Shown in pieces: positions 53,324 through 62,790 of a stretch of DNA of 64,000 bases (positions within the stretch are counted from its first letter, which is position 1; each line of letters starts with the position of its first letter). The stretch is from NCBI GenBank assembly GCA_020052415.1, contig JAGVPB010000011.1, positions 128,035 to 192,034 of the forward strand, written 5' to 3'. This DNA comes from Bacteroidales bacterium (lineage in GTDB: Bacteria; Bacteroidota; Bacteroidia; Bacteroidales; JAADJA01). The notes beneath the pieces were generated by a model, which was given only the letters and a program-made list of their open reading frames with translations, did no database searches and had not been told where the DNA came from. A program made the translations under genes and the position numbers.

Positions 53324-54145
53324 TCATGGCCTCATTAAGCTTAGTTTATCGCTAAACATTTTAACCCTTTCCTCTTCCACAAAATTATTGGCTTTACCTT
53401 CTTTCTTAAAATAACTCCCAACAATCATCCCGTCAATTACCGGGTAGAACTTTCCGATATTATCAGGTGTCAGTCCACTGCCCAATAAAACAGGAAGACT
53501 GACATTTTGTTTTACCAGTTTCAGGTTCAGGATACCGGCTTCGGTTCCTGTACGGTCACCCGTAACAATGATCGCATCCGCCATACCTCTTTCTGCAATA
53601 TCTGCGGCCTCCAGGTCAATACTCCTGGCTGCCAGCGGTTGAGCATGTTTTACTGCAACATCGGCAAAAATCAGAACTCCTGATCGCAGGTTTGCCCTGA
53701 GCCGCAATGTATCAAATGCTCGGCCCACAATAATACCCTGATCGGTAACCGCAGCACCCGTATGAATGTTTACCCTGATAAAATGTGCTCCGGCGGCTGT
53801 TGCAATTGATAAAGCCGCTACCGCATCATTCCGTAGTGCATTGACTCCAACAGGGACAGTAAAGTTATTAACTATTTCATGCGTTACATTAGCTAAGGAA
53901 GCTATGGTTTCAGGTGGAATCCGATCAGGATAAAATGGGATATCCCTGAAATTTTCGATCAGTAATCCGCTACAACCATATTTTACAAATATACCGGCTT
54001 CCTTTAAAGCCATGTCATAAATATCGTTCATTGTCCCGGAGTACCCGGGTGAACCGGGTAAAGGCAATAAATGCACACATGCGATGAGGGGCTTGCCTGA
54101 GAACAGATCAGAAAAGTTCATTAATGTCAGTTTAAATTTTTCCAA
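53324..54145 (-). CDS. BtpA/SgcQ-family TIM-barrel protein
   Basis: N-terminus PLIACVHLLPLPGSPGY, ENF.D.P and VNALRND are typical of the BtpA family. 273 aa. Confidence 0.65.
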   Translation of the reverse strand: MEKFKLTLMNFSDLFSGKPLIACVHLLPLPGSPGYSGTMNDIYDMALKEAGIFVKYGCSGLLIENFRDIPFYPDRIPPETIASLANVTHEIVNNFTVPVGVNALRNDAVAALSIATAAGAHFIRVNIHTGAAVTDQGIIVGRAFDTLRLRANLRSGVLIFADVAVKHAQPLAARSIDLEAADIAERGMADAIIVTGDRTGTEAGILNLKLVKQNVSLPVLLGSGLTPDNIGKFYPVIDGMIVGSYFKKEGKANNFVEEERVKMFSDKLSLMRP

Positions 54146-54251
54146 AAATATAAAACAATATTGGGGCAGAGAACATATTCTGAAGAATTCTGTTTCGGAA
54201 TCAATACCTGCATTTCATTAATGCTCAGTTTTTTTAATGAATATTTCATAC

Positions 54252-54259
54252 TATTTTTG
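54252..54259 (+). promoter_or_regulatory. -7 promoter box (TATTTTTG)
   Basis: Matches TAnnTTTG, with 128 nt before the trkA ATG. Confidence 0.25.
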
Positions 54260-54387
54260 CAACTTAAATTTTTGAACATAAATTCTGACAACACTAAATA
54301 CTCAACAAGTTATTAAAACAAGGGTATGCTTTTAATTGATTATATACAGGATTATAGGTTTTAACCCAGAAATATGGAACAAATTCA

Positions 54388-55083
54388 ATGAACAGACAAA
54401 AATTTGCAGTAATAGGCGTAGGTCAGTTTGGTAAATCAATTGCTAAAGCATTAACTCAAAATGAAGTGGAGGTGATTGCCATTGATTCTGATCAGGACGT
54501 AATAGACTCAGTAGCTGACGAGGTTGCGTTGGCTGTTTGTTTGGATGCGACGGACAAAAAAGCGTTGCTGTCGCAGGACATTAATGAATACAATACTGTT
54601 GTGGTGGCTATTGGAAGTGATTTTGAGCAGGAATTGCTGTGCATTGTGACCTTAATGGAGATCGGGATTAAACGCATTATTGCCAGGGCAAGGGGAGAAG
54701 CTCAGAAAAGAATTCTTGAAAAAGTCGGTATCAGCGAGATATTTTCTCCTGAAGTAGAAGTGGGGCTTGTAGTGGCTGAAAGGCTGATCAATCCAAATTT
54801 GGTGTCCTATCTTCAGCTTCCTGACGGATATCGGATTGCAGAACTGATTGCTCCGGTGAATACCATCGGAAGGACTCTTGGAGATATCAATCTTAGGGAC
54901 AGGTATAAGCTAAGTCTGATCACGATAAAAAAACAGTTCAAAGTGCAGGGACTGGATAAGGAAAATGTGGAACAGCATATCTCAGGAGTTCCTGATTCCA
55001 AAACCATACTTGAAAATACCGATAATCTCGTTATTTTTGGTAAAAGTAAAGACATTGACCGGTTTATAGAAATTAATGATTAG
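54388..55083 (+). CDS. trkA: Trk/Ktr potassium-uptake NAD-binding subunit
   Basis: Rossmann motif FAVIGVGQFGKSIA plus a C-terminal RCK_C-like domain. 231 aa. Confidence 0.85.
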   Translation: MNRQKFAVIGVGQFGKSIAKALTQNEVEVIAIDSDQDVIDSVADEVALAVCLDATDKKALLSQDINEYNTVVVAIGSDFEQELLCIVTLMEIGIKRIIARARGEAQKRILEKVGISEIFSPEVEVGLVVAERLINPNLVSYLQLPDGYRIAELIAPVNTIGRTLGDINLRDRYKLSLITIKKQFKVQGLDKENVEQHISGVPDSKTILENTDNLVIFGKSKDIDRFIEIND

Positions 55084-55094
55084 AACTGCAAATC

Positions 55095-56921
55095 TTGCTT
55101 AAGCTCAGTCATACATACATCCGGAAAATAAACAGCATTCGTGAAAAAATCAATGTAAGGCTCTTTACTCACAAACAATTTGTACTCAGATTTTTTAGAG
55201 CGATTTCAATTTTGGTCTCCATCCTCACGCTCGGTATCATTGTATTTTATTATGGATTTCCTGGAAACGAAAACAAGGCAGCACTGATTATCAACATCGT
55301 TTCGATAAGTATCAGTTTTTATCTTTTCAAGTATTTCACCCATATTTTCTATGATTTTCATCCTCTTCATTTTATCCGGCAAAACCTTGCCGAAGGAATA
55401 GTACTTCTTGTACTGCTGGTTTTAATAGTGTTATATTATTTTATGAGGGTTTCCCTTCTCGATTACCTTTCAAATACTCTGGGATTTGATGTTGAGCCTT
55501 ATATTTTACTTGCTGTTCAACTATATTTTCTTATCATAGTCGGTTTCGAGCTGGGAAAAGCAAGCTCCTATGTAAGGTTTCTGGAAATCCATCCTTCAAC
55601 GCTGATGACCATATCATTCCTGATTCTGATTTCATTTGGTGCAGGATTGCTTATGCTTCCGGAAATGACTCATGGGGGAATTCGTTTCATTGATGCATTG
55701 TTCACTTCAGCCAGTGCTGGCTGTGTCACAGGATTGACGGTGGTCGAAACGGGCGCCTTTTTCACATTTAAAGGACAGATTGTTATTTTAATTCTTATCC
55801 AGCTGGGTGGCATTAATATCATAACTTTTGCAACCTTTTTTGCTACTTTTTATCGTTCAGGCGGTGTTAAATATCAATCCATACTTCGTGATTTCCTTAG
55901 TGCGGGTAAAATATCAGACACGCGTAGCCTTCTGAGAAAGATTATTTTTTTCAGCTTCACTATTGAACTGGCTGGTACAATACTCATTTTCATTACATGG
56001 AATCCGATGATCGAATTCTCAAGTGCGTTTGAAAGATTTTATTATTCAGTTTTTCATGCCATTTCTGCATTTAATAATGCAGGATTTTCTCTTTTTGCAC
56101 ATAACCTTTATCAACAGGGAGTGTCACAATCATTCAATGTCCACGTAATAATAATTTTGCTTATTTTCTTTGGAGGGATTGGGTTTTCAACTCTTGAAGA
56201 TTTATATAATACAATATTTGTAAGAAAAAAGCTGCTGGATTTTTGGAAACATATTAAAATCGGGTCAAAGATAATACTGAAAACGTCAATATTCCTGATC
56301 ATTGCCGGGGCCTTGCTTTTCATTGCCTCGGAATGGAATAATGTATTGTCGGGCCAGGGCCTCTACCGGAAAATTCTTAGCTCAGTCTTTCAATCGGTTA
56401 CTACAAGGACCGCCGGATTTAATTCGGTGGACATTGCTGCCCTTACCCAACCCGTATTGATCTTTTTTGTTTTCCTGATGTTTATCGGCGCTTCACCCGG
56501 ATCCACAGGTGGCGGGATCAAAACAACCACTTTTTCCATTATTATTAAAAGCGCAATTGCAACAATAAGAGGTAAAAAGAATGTGGAAGCATATCACCAT
56601 ACTTTCTCGTTTTCGCTAATTGACAGAGCCTATGCCATCGCTTTGTTCTCCATTTTTACCATATTTACTTCCACACTTCTTCTTTCGTTTACCGAACCGC
56701 ATACACCATTTCTAAAGCTTATATTTGAGGAGACGTCAGCATTTGGTACTGTCGGACTCTCCACTGGAATAACACCATTTCTTTCTGATTTAGGCAAAAT
56801 AATCATTATAGTCAGTATGTTTATCGGCAGAATAGGCCCTTTAACTATAGCCTTTTTCTTAAGCCGAAGAACAATTTCAACAAAGTACAAATATCCTGAA
56901 GTCAATATCATGGTAGGTTAA
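55095..56921 (+). CDS. trkH: TrkH/KtrB-family potassium transporter with N-terminal TM extension
   Basis: Selectivity-filter-like motifs (CVTGL, NAGFS, RTAGFN, GTVGLS). The track start is a TTG 11 nt after trkA. The first in-frame ATG is about codon 117, so a non-ATG start is likely. Confidence 0.8.
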   Translation: MLKLSHTYIRKINSIREKINVRLFTHKQFVLRFFRAISILVSILTLGIIVFYYGFPGNENKAALIINIVSISISFYLFKYFTHIFYDFHPLHFIRQNLAEGIVLLVLLVLIVLYYFMRVSLLDYLSNTLGFDVEPYILLAVQLYFLIIVGFELGKASSYVRFLEIHPSTLMTISFLILISFGAGLLMLPEMTHGGIRFIDALFTSASAGCVTGLTVVETGAFFTFKGQIVILILIQLGGINIITFATFFATFYRSGGVKYQSILRDFLSAGKISDTRSLLRKIIFFSFTIELAGTILIFITWNPMIEFSSAFERFYYSVFHAISAFNNAGFSLFAHNLYQQGVSQSFNVHVIIILLIFFGGIGFSTLEDLYNTIFVRKKLLDFWKHIKIGSKIILKTSIFLIIAGALLFIASEWNNVLSGQGLYRKILSSVFQSVTTRTAGFNSVDIAALTQPVLIFFVFLMFIGASPGSTGGGIKTTTFSIIIKSAIATIRGKKNVEAYHHTFSFSLIDRAYAIALFSIFTIFTSTLLLSFTEPHTPFLKLIFEETSAFGTVGLSTGITPFLSDLGKIIIIVSMFIGRIGPLTIAFFLSRRTISTKYKYPEVNIMVG

Positions 56922-56983
56922 CAGGATAAAAAATTCTTAATAAATTACTTAGTCAATTCGTGAAAATCAAATAGAATAAATTT

Positions 56984-57457
56984 ATGGCAGTAAACTTTCA
57001 CCTCGACAGCCTCGATAAACGGATACTTACCATCCTTACAAAGAATGCCCGTATCCCATATCTTGAAGTGGCCCGCAACTGCAATGTTTCGGGTGCTGCA
57101 ATACATCAAAGAATTAACCGGATGTTTGAACAAAAAGCCATACTTGGTTCTGAGCTAAAATTGAATCCGAAAGGATTGGGTTATCTTACCTGTGCATTTG
57201 TCGGAGTCCGTGTAAACCTTACAAAGCAAACAACCCACGAGGATGTTTTTCAAAAAATAAAAGCCATTCCGGAGGTTGTGGAGTGCCATCATATTACCGG
57301 TAAATACTCCCTGCTGCTTAAAATATTTACCAGGAATAATGAACATCTGAAGCAAATACTGGTTGAGAAAATTCAGTCCATTATTGAAATAACAAGTACA
57401 GAAACTTTCATATCGCTGGAAGAAGGTTTTACACGACAATTGCCCGTAGAAAGATGA
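56984..57457 (+). CDS. Lrp/AsnC-family transcriptional regulator
   Basis: LDSLDKRILTILTKNARIPYLEVARNCNVSGAAIHQRI is the HTH, followed by a C-terminal RAM/ACT-like domain. 157 aa. Confidence 0.9.
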   Translation: MAVNFHLDSLDKRILTILTKNARIPYLEVARNCNVSGAAIHQRINRMFEQKAILGSELKLNPKGLGYLTCAFVGVRVNLTKQTTHEDVFQKIKAIPEVVECHHITGKYSLLLKIFTRNNEHLKQILVEKIQSIIEITSTETFISLEEGFTRQLPVER

Positions 57458-57494
57458 AAAATTCTAATTCAATGAAATACAAAATTTGATCGTC

Positions 57495-58883
57495 ATGAAA
57501 AAAAGTACATTTCTATTTTTAACCTCATTGAGTGTTAACATAGTTTGCAGCCAAATCATCCACATTCCGGATGACTTTGCTACGATTCAGTCAGGGATCA
57601 ATTCAGCGGAGGCCGGTGATACGATCCTTGTTGCGCCGGGAGAATATTTTGAAAATATTAATTTCTCCGGTAAAAATATTGTCGTTTGCAGCAATTTTGC
57701 CATGTCAGGTAATGTCGGCGACATTGAAACCACCATCATTAATGGAAGTAACCCGGTTAATCCCGATACGTCAAGCTGTGTATTAATTGTATCAGGCGAA
57801 GATTCCACAGCGGTTCTTCAGGGATTTACCGTAACAGGCGGCAATGGTACAAGATGGGAGGATGAACATGGTCCCGGCTTGTTTTATACCGAAGGTGGTG
57901 GCTTCCTGATCCAATATTCCTCTCCAACTATAAAAAACAATATTATCAGAAATAACAAGGCCATAAATGTTCCTGCCGGAACTATCAGCGCTGGAGGCGG
58001 AGCCATCAGGAGCGGTGACGGGAATCCTCACATTCTCAACAACCTAATTGTTTACAACCAGGGCAGGTACGGAGGGGGCATCGTCCTGAATTATTCCGGT
58101 GCTGAAATAAAAAATAATATATTCGCCTATAATACCGGTGGCGAGGATTACGGTGGGGGAGGACTCTGGTTTTTATCCAATGGAACTTCACCGATTATAT
58201 TAGAAAACAATACCATCGTTTACAATCATTCTGCATTGGGCGGAGGGGGTATTCGGCTTTGGTCCTCGCAGGCGCAGATCAGGAATAATATAATCTGGGG
58301 AAACACGGCAGTGAGCGCTCCGCAAATTCAGGGAAATACTGGAACTGTGACCTATTGCTGTGTGCAGGGCGGCTGGACGGGTACAGGTAATCTTGATACC
58401 GAGCCTTTATTTGCAACCTCAAACTTTATACTTGATGAAACCTCAGAATGTGTGGATGCCGGTAATCCGGATCCTTTATATGACGACCCTGAAGATCCTG
58501 ATAATGCCGGGTTCGGTCTGTACCCGGCAATGGGAACAGTAACGAATGATATGGGAGTTTTTGGGGGACCGGGTTGCATTCAATTACCTGAAATTGTAAC
58601 ATCTGTACCTCAAAATTCGGCAGAATCAGGGCGTAAAATTTCCATTTTGGGCAATCCGGTTTCAGATGGAAATATCGTTTTAAAATCTCTCGTTGATAGT
58701 GAACTGACGTTTAGCGTAAAACTAAAAGAATTAACAGGAAAATTGATCTTTGGCCAGCGTGTTATTCTTGGATCATTGGATTTGGTTTGTATTTATTCCG
58801 GCCATCTGTCGGAAGGTTTGTACATCATTCAAATTGAATATTCTGACAATTCCAAACAGGCCGAAAAGCTTATTGTCAGATGA
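57495..58883 (+). CDS. right-handed beta-helix protein with T9SS C-terminal sorting domain
   Basis: The ATG at 57495 gives signal peptide MKKSTFLFLTSLSVNIVCSQ. Repeated NN-I/G-G-G turns (GGGAIRS, GGGIVLN, GGGGLWF, GGGGIRLW). The tail is ILGNPVSDGNIVLK...GLYIIQIEYSDNSKQAEKLIVR. Confidence 0.75.
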   Translation: MKKSTFLFLTSLSVNIVCSQIIHIPDDFATIQSGINSAEAGDTILVAPGEYFENINFSGKNIVVCSNFAMSGNVGDIETTIINGSNPVNPDTSSCVLIVSGEDSTAVLQGFTVTGGNGTRWEDEHGPGLFYTEGGGFLIQYSSPTIKNNIIRNNKAINVPAGTISAGGGAIRSGDGNPHILNNLIVYNQGRYGGGIVLNYSGAEIKNNIFAYNTGGEDYGGGGLWFLSNGTSPIILENNTIVYNHSALGGGGIRLWSSQAQIRNNIIWGNTAVSAPQIQGNTGTVTYCCVQGGWTGTGNLDTEPLFATSNFILDETSECVDAGNPDPLYDDPEDPDNAGFGLYPAMGTVTNDMGVFGGPGCIQLPEIVTSVPQNSAESGRKISILGNPVSDGNIVLKSLVDSELTFSVKLKELTGKLIFGQRVILGSLDLVCIYSGHLSEGLYIIQIEYSDNSKQAEKLIVR

Positions 58884-58910
58884 ATTTAAATGGGTAAACG
58901 GGAAATGGTA

Positions 58911-59678
58911 TCAGGTTCGCAGATAGGAAGCACCATTCATATCCACTATGCAACCGGTCATATATTCTGTTCCAGGTGATGCAAGGAAAAGGATTGTTTG
59001 AGCAATTTCATCAGGTGAGGCAATTCGGCTTAGCGGACTTTGATTTCTTATTTCTTCCGACCTTTCGCCAATCATGGCATATTCAGCCATTTCGGTAGCC
59101 ACAAATCCGGGTGCAATAGTGTAAACATAAATATTATATTTTGCAAAGGCTTTGGCGAACGACTGTCCGAATGAGTTCATACCCGCTTTGCTTGCACCAT
59201 AAGCCGGGGCATCCGGTTCACCACGAAAAGCACCGCGTGATGAAACATTCACAATACGGCAGCCTCCCTCATCTTTCATTTTTTTTGCGATCAAAAATGA
59301 GAGGTTCGCTGCTCCGGTAAGGTTGGTTTTGATGGTTTTTTCCCACGATTGTTGCCAGGCTTCAAAAGAGAGTGACAGGACGTCAAATTCTTCAAAAACG
59401 CCGGCATTATTAATCAGGACATCCACCCTGCCGAATTTTTCAAAAACCTTATTTGCAAGATCACTTACCTCTTGTGCTACCGTTAAATCAGCCTGAACCA
59501 AAAAGTGATTGCACTCCGGCATGAATTCCAGGACTTTTTCTGCAAGCTGCCGGTTCTTATTATAATGGACTACAACACTGGCGCCTGCCTCAGCGAATTT
59601 TATTGCGCATGCTTTTCCAATTCCCCTTGAAGAACCCGTGACAAGCACAATTTTATCAATGAAGTCAAATTTAATCAT
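58911..59678 (-). CDS. SDR-family oxidoreductase (FabG-like)
   Basis: TGSSRGIGKA cofactor motif, NNAG, and Y-x-x-x-K (YGASKAG). Confidence 0.85.
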   Translation of the reverse strand: MIKFDFIDKIVLVTGSSRGIGKACAIKFAEAGASVVVHYNKNRQLAEKVLEFMPECNHFLVQADLTVAQEVSDLANKVFEKFGRVDVLINNAGVFEEFDVLSLSFEAWQQSWEKTIKTNLTGAANLSFLIAKKMKDEGGCRIVNVSSRGAFRGEPDAPAYGASKAGMNSFGQSFAKAFAKYNIYVYTIAPGFVATEMAEYAMIGERSEEIRNQSPLSRIASPDEIAQTILFLASPGTEYMTGCIVDMNGASYLRT

Positions 59679-59698
59679 AATAAATCCCTAAGTATTGT

Positions 59699-60616
59699 TC
59701 AGTCAATAATTTGTACTCCTTTATTCGAAGTAAAAGTTTTATAGGTCTTTGAATAATTAGGATTGGAAGAAAAATCTTTTTCCATCAGTTCTGCAATTTC
59801 ATCCTGTTTTTCGGTGGAGCAGAATGCAATAACCGAAGATCCTCCACCGCTGATTGTACAACCATAAGCACCTGCAGCCAGGACTTTCTTTTTGGTTCCC
59901 CAGTACCCCGGAATTGCGGCGCCACGAACTGGTTCGTGAATGTAATCCACGGAAATGGCGCTGCCGAACTCCTCCATGTCCCCGATATGAATTGCATGAA
60001 TCACTCGGGAGCAGCGAGCCATTTGTTCTTTCAGTTTTTCCTGCCCGATTTCATAGGTAATAAAACCACGTGTAGTGCGCTGGCTTTTCCTGATTGCTGC
60101 CAATACTACCGGAGTTTCAGGAAGCTCAAGTTTTAATACGTCAATCGGATTATAACTTTTAACGAGTACAAATCCTCCCAAAATTGCAGCCGCAACATTG
60201 TCAGCGTGGGGTGAACCTCCCGAAGCGACCTCTCCTTTCCTGGCAAAATCAATCATTTCGTTGGGAGCGAGTTGTAAATTCAGCAATTTATTGAGACCAT
60301 AGATTGTAGCTGCAGCAGAGGCGCCTGTGGTTCCCATACCTCCTCCAGAACACATGAACTTTAATATCCTTATTTTCAATCCGTGATTTATTTTTTTTAA
60401 TCTGAACAATTCCATGGCTGCAAGTCCGGCAGTATTGTCCTGTGGATTTGTCGGGATATTTTGAATATCATTTATGATCTCGATACTTATGGTTCCCGAA
60501 TCGTTTAGGGTAAGTTCAACCTGGTCAAAAGGTTCTTTAAGTGCCAGTGCAAAAATATCATATCCCGGACCGACATTAGCGCTGGTTGCCGGCGCCTGAA
60601 TTTTAACTGATTTCAT
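59699..60616 (-). CDS. GHMP kinase, homoserine-kinase-like
   Basis: N-terminus QAPATSANVGPGYDIFALAL, as in ThrB. The GHMP motif II is divergent (SGGGMGTTGASAAA). HADNVAAAILGGF is present. Confidence 0.65.
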   Translation of the reverse strand: MKSVKIQAPATSANVGPGYDIFALALKEPFDQVELTLNDSGTISIEIINDIQNIPTNPQDNTAGLAAMELFRLKKINHGLKIRILKFMCSGGGMGTTGASAAATIYGLNKLLNLQLAPNEMIDFARKGEVASGGSPHADNVAAAILGGFVLVKSYNPIDVLKLELPETPVVLAAIRKSQRTTRGFITYEIGQEKLKEQMARCSRVIHAIHIGDMEEFGSAISVDYIHEPVRGAAIPGYWGTKKKVLAAGAYGCTISGGGSSVIAFCSTEKQDEIAELMEKDFSSNPNYSKTYKTFTSNKGVQIID

Positions 60617-61491
60617 TTCAGACCTCTGTCCTTAAGAATTGATTCAAGAATTTTTGTTTTTCCTTCGCTGAGTTCGGTCAGGGGTGGACGAAGAGTTCCG
60701 TTAATAATTCCCATCATTTCGAGGGCTTTTTTGGTCGCCATTGGATTCGATTCGAAACGCATAGCTTCGAACAACGGATAATATTCGGTATGGAGTTTGT
60801 TTGCGTCTGCATTACTTCCGGCAAGTGCATAATTAATCATCTTCACCATTACATCGGGTATTACATTTCCTGAAACAGTAAAAGAACCCGCTCCGCCGAA
60901 AGCGACAGTCGGGAAAGCTGTGGTATCTTTTCCTGTAAAAACAAGGAAATCATCGTTTCGTGTGAGATATATGATTTTTGCGAGATGGTCGAGTTCTTTT
61001 TTACCATCTTTAATTGCCGCAATATTCTGATGTTTGGCAAGTGCAGCCGTGGTTTCGGGAGCAAGTTCAACCCCGGTTCTTTCTTTCGAACTATGAAGAA
61101 TAACCGGGACAGGGCAGGCGTCGGCAAGCTGCTCATAGTATTTGATTAACCCGGACTGAGTCGGCAGCACCATAAATGGAGTATATGCCACCACATAATC
61201 GGCTCCGAGATCAGCAAACATTTTTGCCCTGTCAATGGATTCCTGAGTACCAGCGAGACAAATATCGGGAAGAATGTCTTTCTTGCCTTTGGCTTCCTCC
61301 ACGATTATTTCAACCAATCGTCGTACCTCGTCATTGGTCATTAATGTATTTTCGCCGGTCACACCCAACGGTGCAATACCTGTAATTTCTGACCTGACCT
61401 GAATTCTGACAAGCCTTCGCAAAGCTTCTTCATCAAGTGAATAATCCTTTTTGAAGGGAGTGATTAATAATGTATAAGCGCCTTTTTTCAT
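60613..61491 (-). CDS. DapA/NAL-superfamily class I aldolase, non-canonical (not a typical DHDPS)
   Basis: Aligns without gaps to E. coli DapA over TPFMVLPTQSGL...ILHSSKERTG...IAAIKDG. Lys161 and Arg138 equivalents are kept, but Thr44->Val, Tyr107->Met and Tyr133->His. There is a 4-nt overlap with the downstream kinase gene. Confidence 0.7.
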   Translation of the reverse strand: MKKGAYTLLITPFKKDYSLDEEALRRLVRIQVRSEITGIAPLGVTGENTLMTNDEVRRLVEIIVEEAKGKKDILPDICLAGTQESIDRAKMFADLGADYVVAYTPFMVLPTQSGLIKYYEQLADACPVPVILHSSKERTGVELAPETTAALAKHQNIAAIKDGKKELDHLAKIIYLTRNDDFLVFTGKDTTAFPTVAFGGAGSFTVSGNVIPDVMVKMINYALAGSNADANKLHTEYYPLFEAMRFESNPMATKKALEMMGIINGTLRPPLTELSEGKTKILESILKDRGLK

Positions 61492-61605
61492 TTAAATTTA
61501 TTTTTTGCAAAATAAGGTAAATCCGTAAAATGATTTTATGTCAATGATTATCCTTCCCGAAAAAATTAAAATCAGGATACCTGTAAAGTAAAATGTAGTG
61601 TATTA

Positions 61606-62019
61606 TTATTTCTTCAGAAGATCGCGTATCTCTGCCAGTAACTTTTCCTGGTTCGTGGGTTCAGGCGGAGGTGCAGGTATAGCTTCTTCCTTTTTCTTAA
61701 GGGTATTCATAGCTTTAATCATTGCAAAAATGGCAAATGCAATAATGATAAAATCAATAATGCTGTTAATGAATATTCCATAATTCAGGGTTACAGCTTT
61801 AGTTAATTCCCCTGCATCGTTTAAAACTGAATCTTTAATGGTAATTTTCAGATCGGTAAAATCAACACCGCCCAATAAAATTCCAATCGGAGGCATAATT
61901 ACATCGGCGACAAATGAGCTGACTATTTTGCCAAATGCTCCGCCAATAATGATACCTACAGCCATATCGAGAACATTTCCGCGCATGGCAAACTGTTTGA
62001 ATTCGCTGATAAATCCCAT
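61606..62019 (-). CDS. mscL: large-conductance mechanosensitive channel
   Basis: Starting at the ATG at 62019 gives [33 protein letters not shown], the canonical MscL N-terminus. Confidence 0.9.
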   Translation of the reverse strand: MGFISEFKQFAMRGNVLDMAVGIIIGGAFGKIVSSFVADVIMPPIGILLGGVDFTDLKITIKDSVLNDAGELTKAVTLNYGIFINSIIDFIIIAFAIFAMIKAMNTLKKKEEAIPAPPPEPTNQEKLLAEIRDLLKK

Positions 62020-62206
62020 AATAATCAAATTTTGAAGGTTAATTTGGAACAAAGTAACAAAAATTTTCTTTAATACCCTATTTTGCATGAACTTGAATTT
62101 TTGTTTTTTTTGTACTCGTTTATAACAAGCGATTATTGAATTAATCTTGCTTAGTCCACGGAAAATAATCTATGCATTATTGTCAAAAATTTATTATTAA
62201 GGAAAT

Positions 62207-62575
62207 ATGAATGGAATTTATACAATCGGATTACTGGTATTATCCAACAGTTTTATGACCATTGCCTGGTATGGGCATCTGAAATTCAATGAAATAAAGA
62301 GTTTTAATAATCTGGGATTATTTGCAATAATTCTCATCAGCTGGGGAATTGCTTTCTTCGAGTATTGTTTTCAGGTGCCGGCAAACCGCATCGGTTATCA
62401 GAATAACGGAGGTTCTTTTTCACTTGTTGAACTTAAGGTAATTCAGGAGGTCATTACCCTGGTAGTTTTTACAGTATTCTCTTTGTTGTTTTTCAAAAAT
62501 GAAATTCTGCGGCTTAATCATTTTATAGGATTTATATTTCTGGTATTAGCTGTTTATTTTATTTTCAAAAAATAG
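62207..62575 (+). CDS. DMT-superfamily small membrane protein (DUF486-like)
   Basis: 122 aa with 4 TM helices. MTIAWYGHLKF is typical of the family. Confidence 0.55.
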   Translation: MNGIYTIGLLVLSNSFMTIAWYGHLKFNEIKSFNNLGLFAIILISWGIAFFEYCFQVPANRIGYQNNGGSFSLVELKVIQEVITLVVFTVFSLLFFKNEILRLNHFIGFIFLVLAVYFIFKK

Positions 62576-62790
62576 CGGAATTAACAATTGTATCAAGTCA
62601 GTATTTGACATCGCCAGCTTAATCTTAGATACATGACGGTAATCATTCGTGAAAATTATAAAATATTATTTTCCTAATCCTTATATCTGAAAATAATAAA
62701 TATTAAATTTGTGTGCTTTAATTTAAATCTGGAATAATCAATCAACAAATAAAATATCTTACTATAATTTAAATTTCAGGAGGAACAAAA

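Noticed and set aside
61492-61605. Lysine riboswitch upstream of the dapA-like gene
   Set aside because: The leader is only about 114 nt, AT-rich, and lacks the conserved L-box helices.
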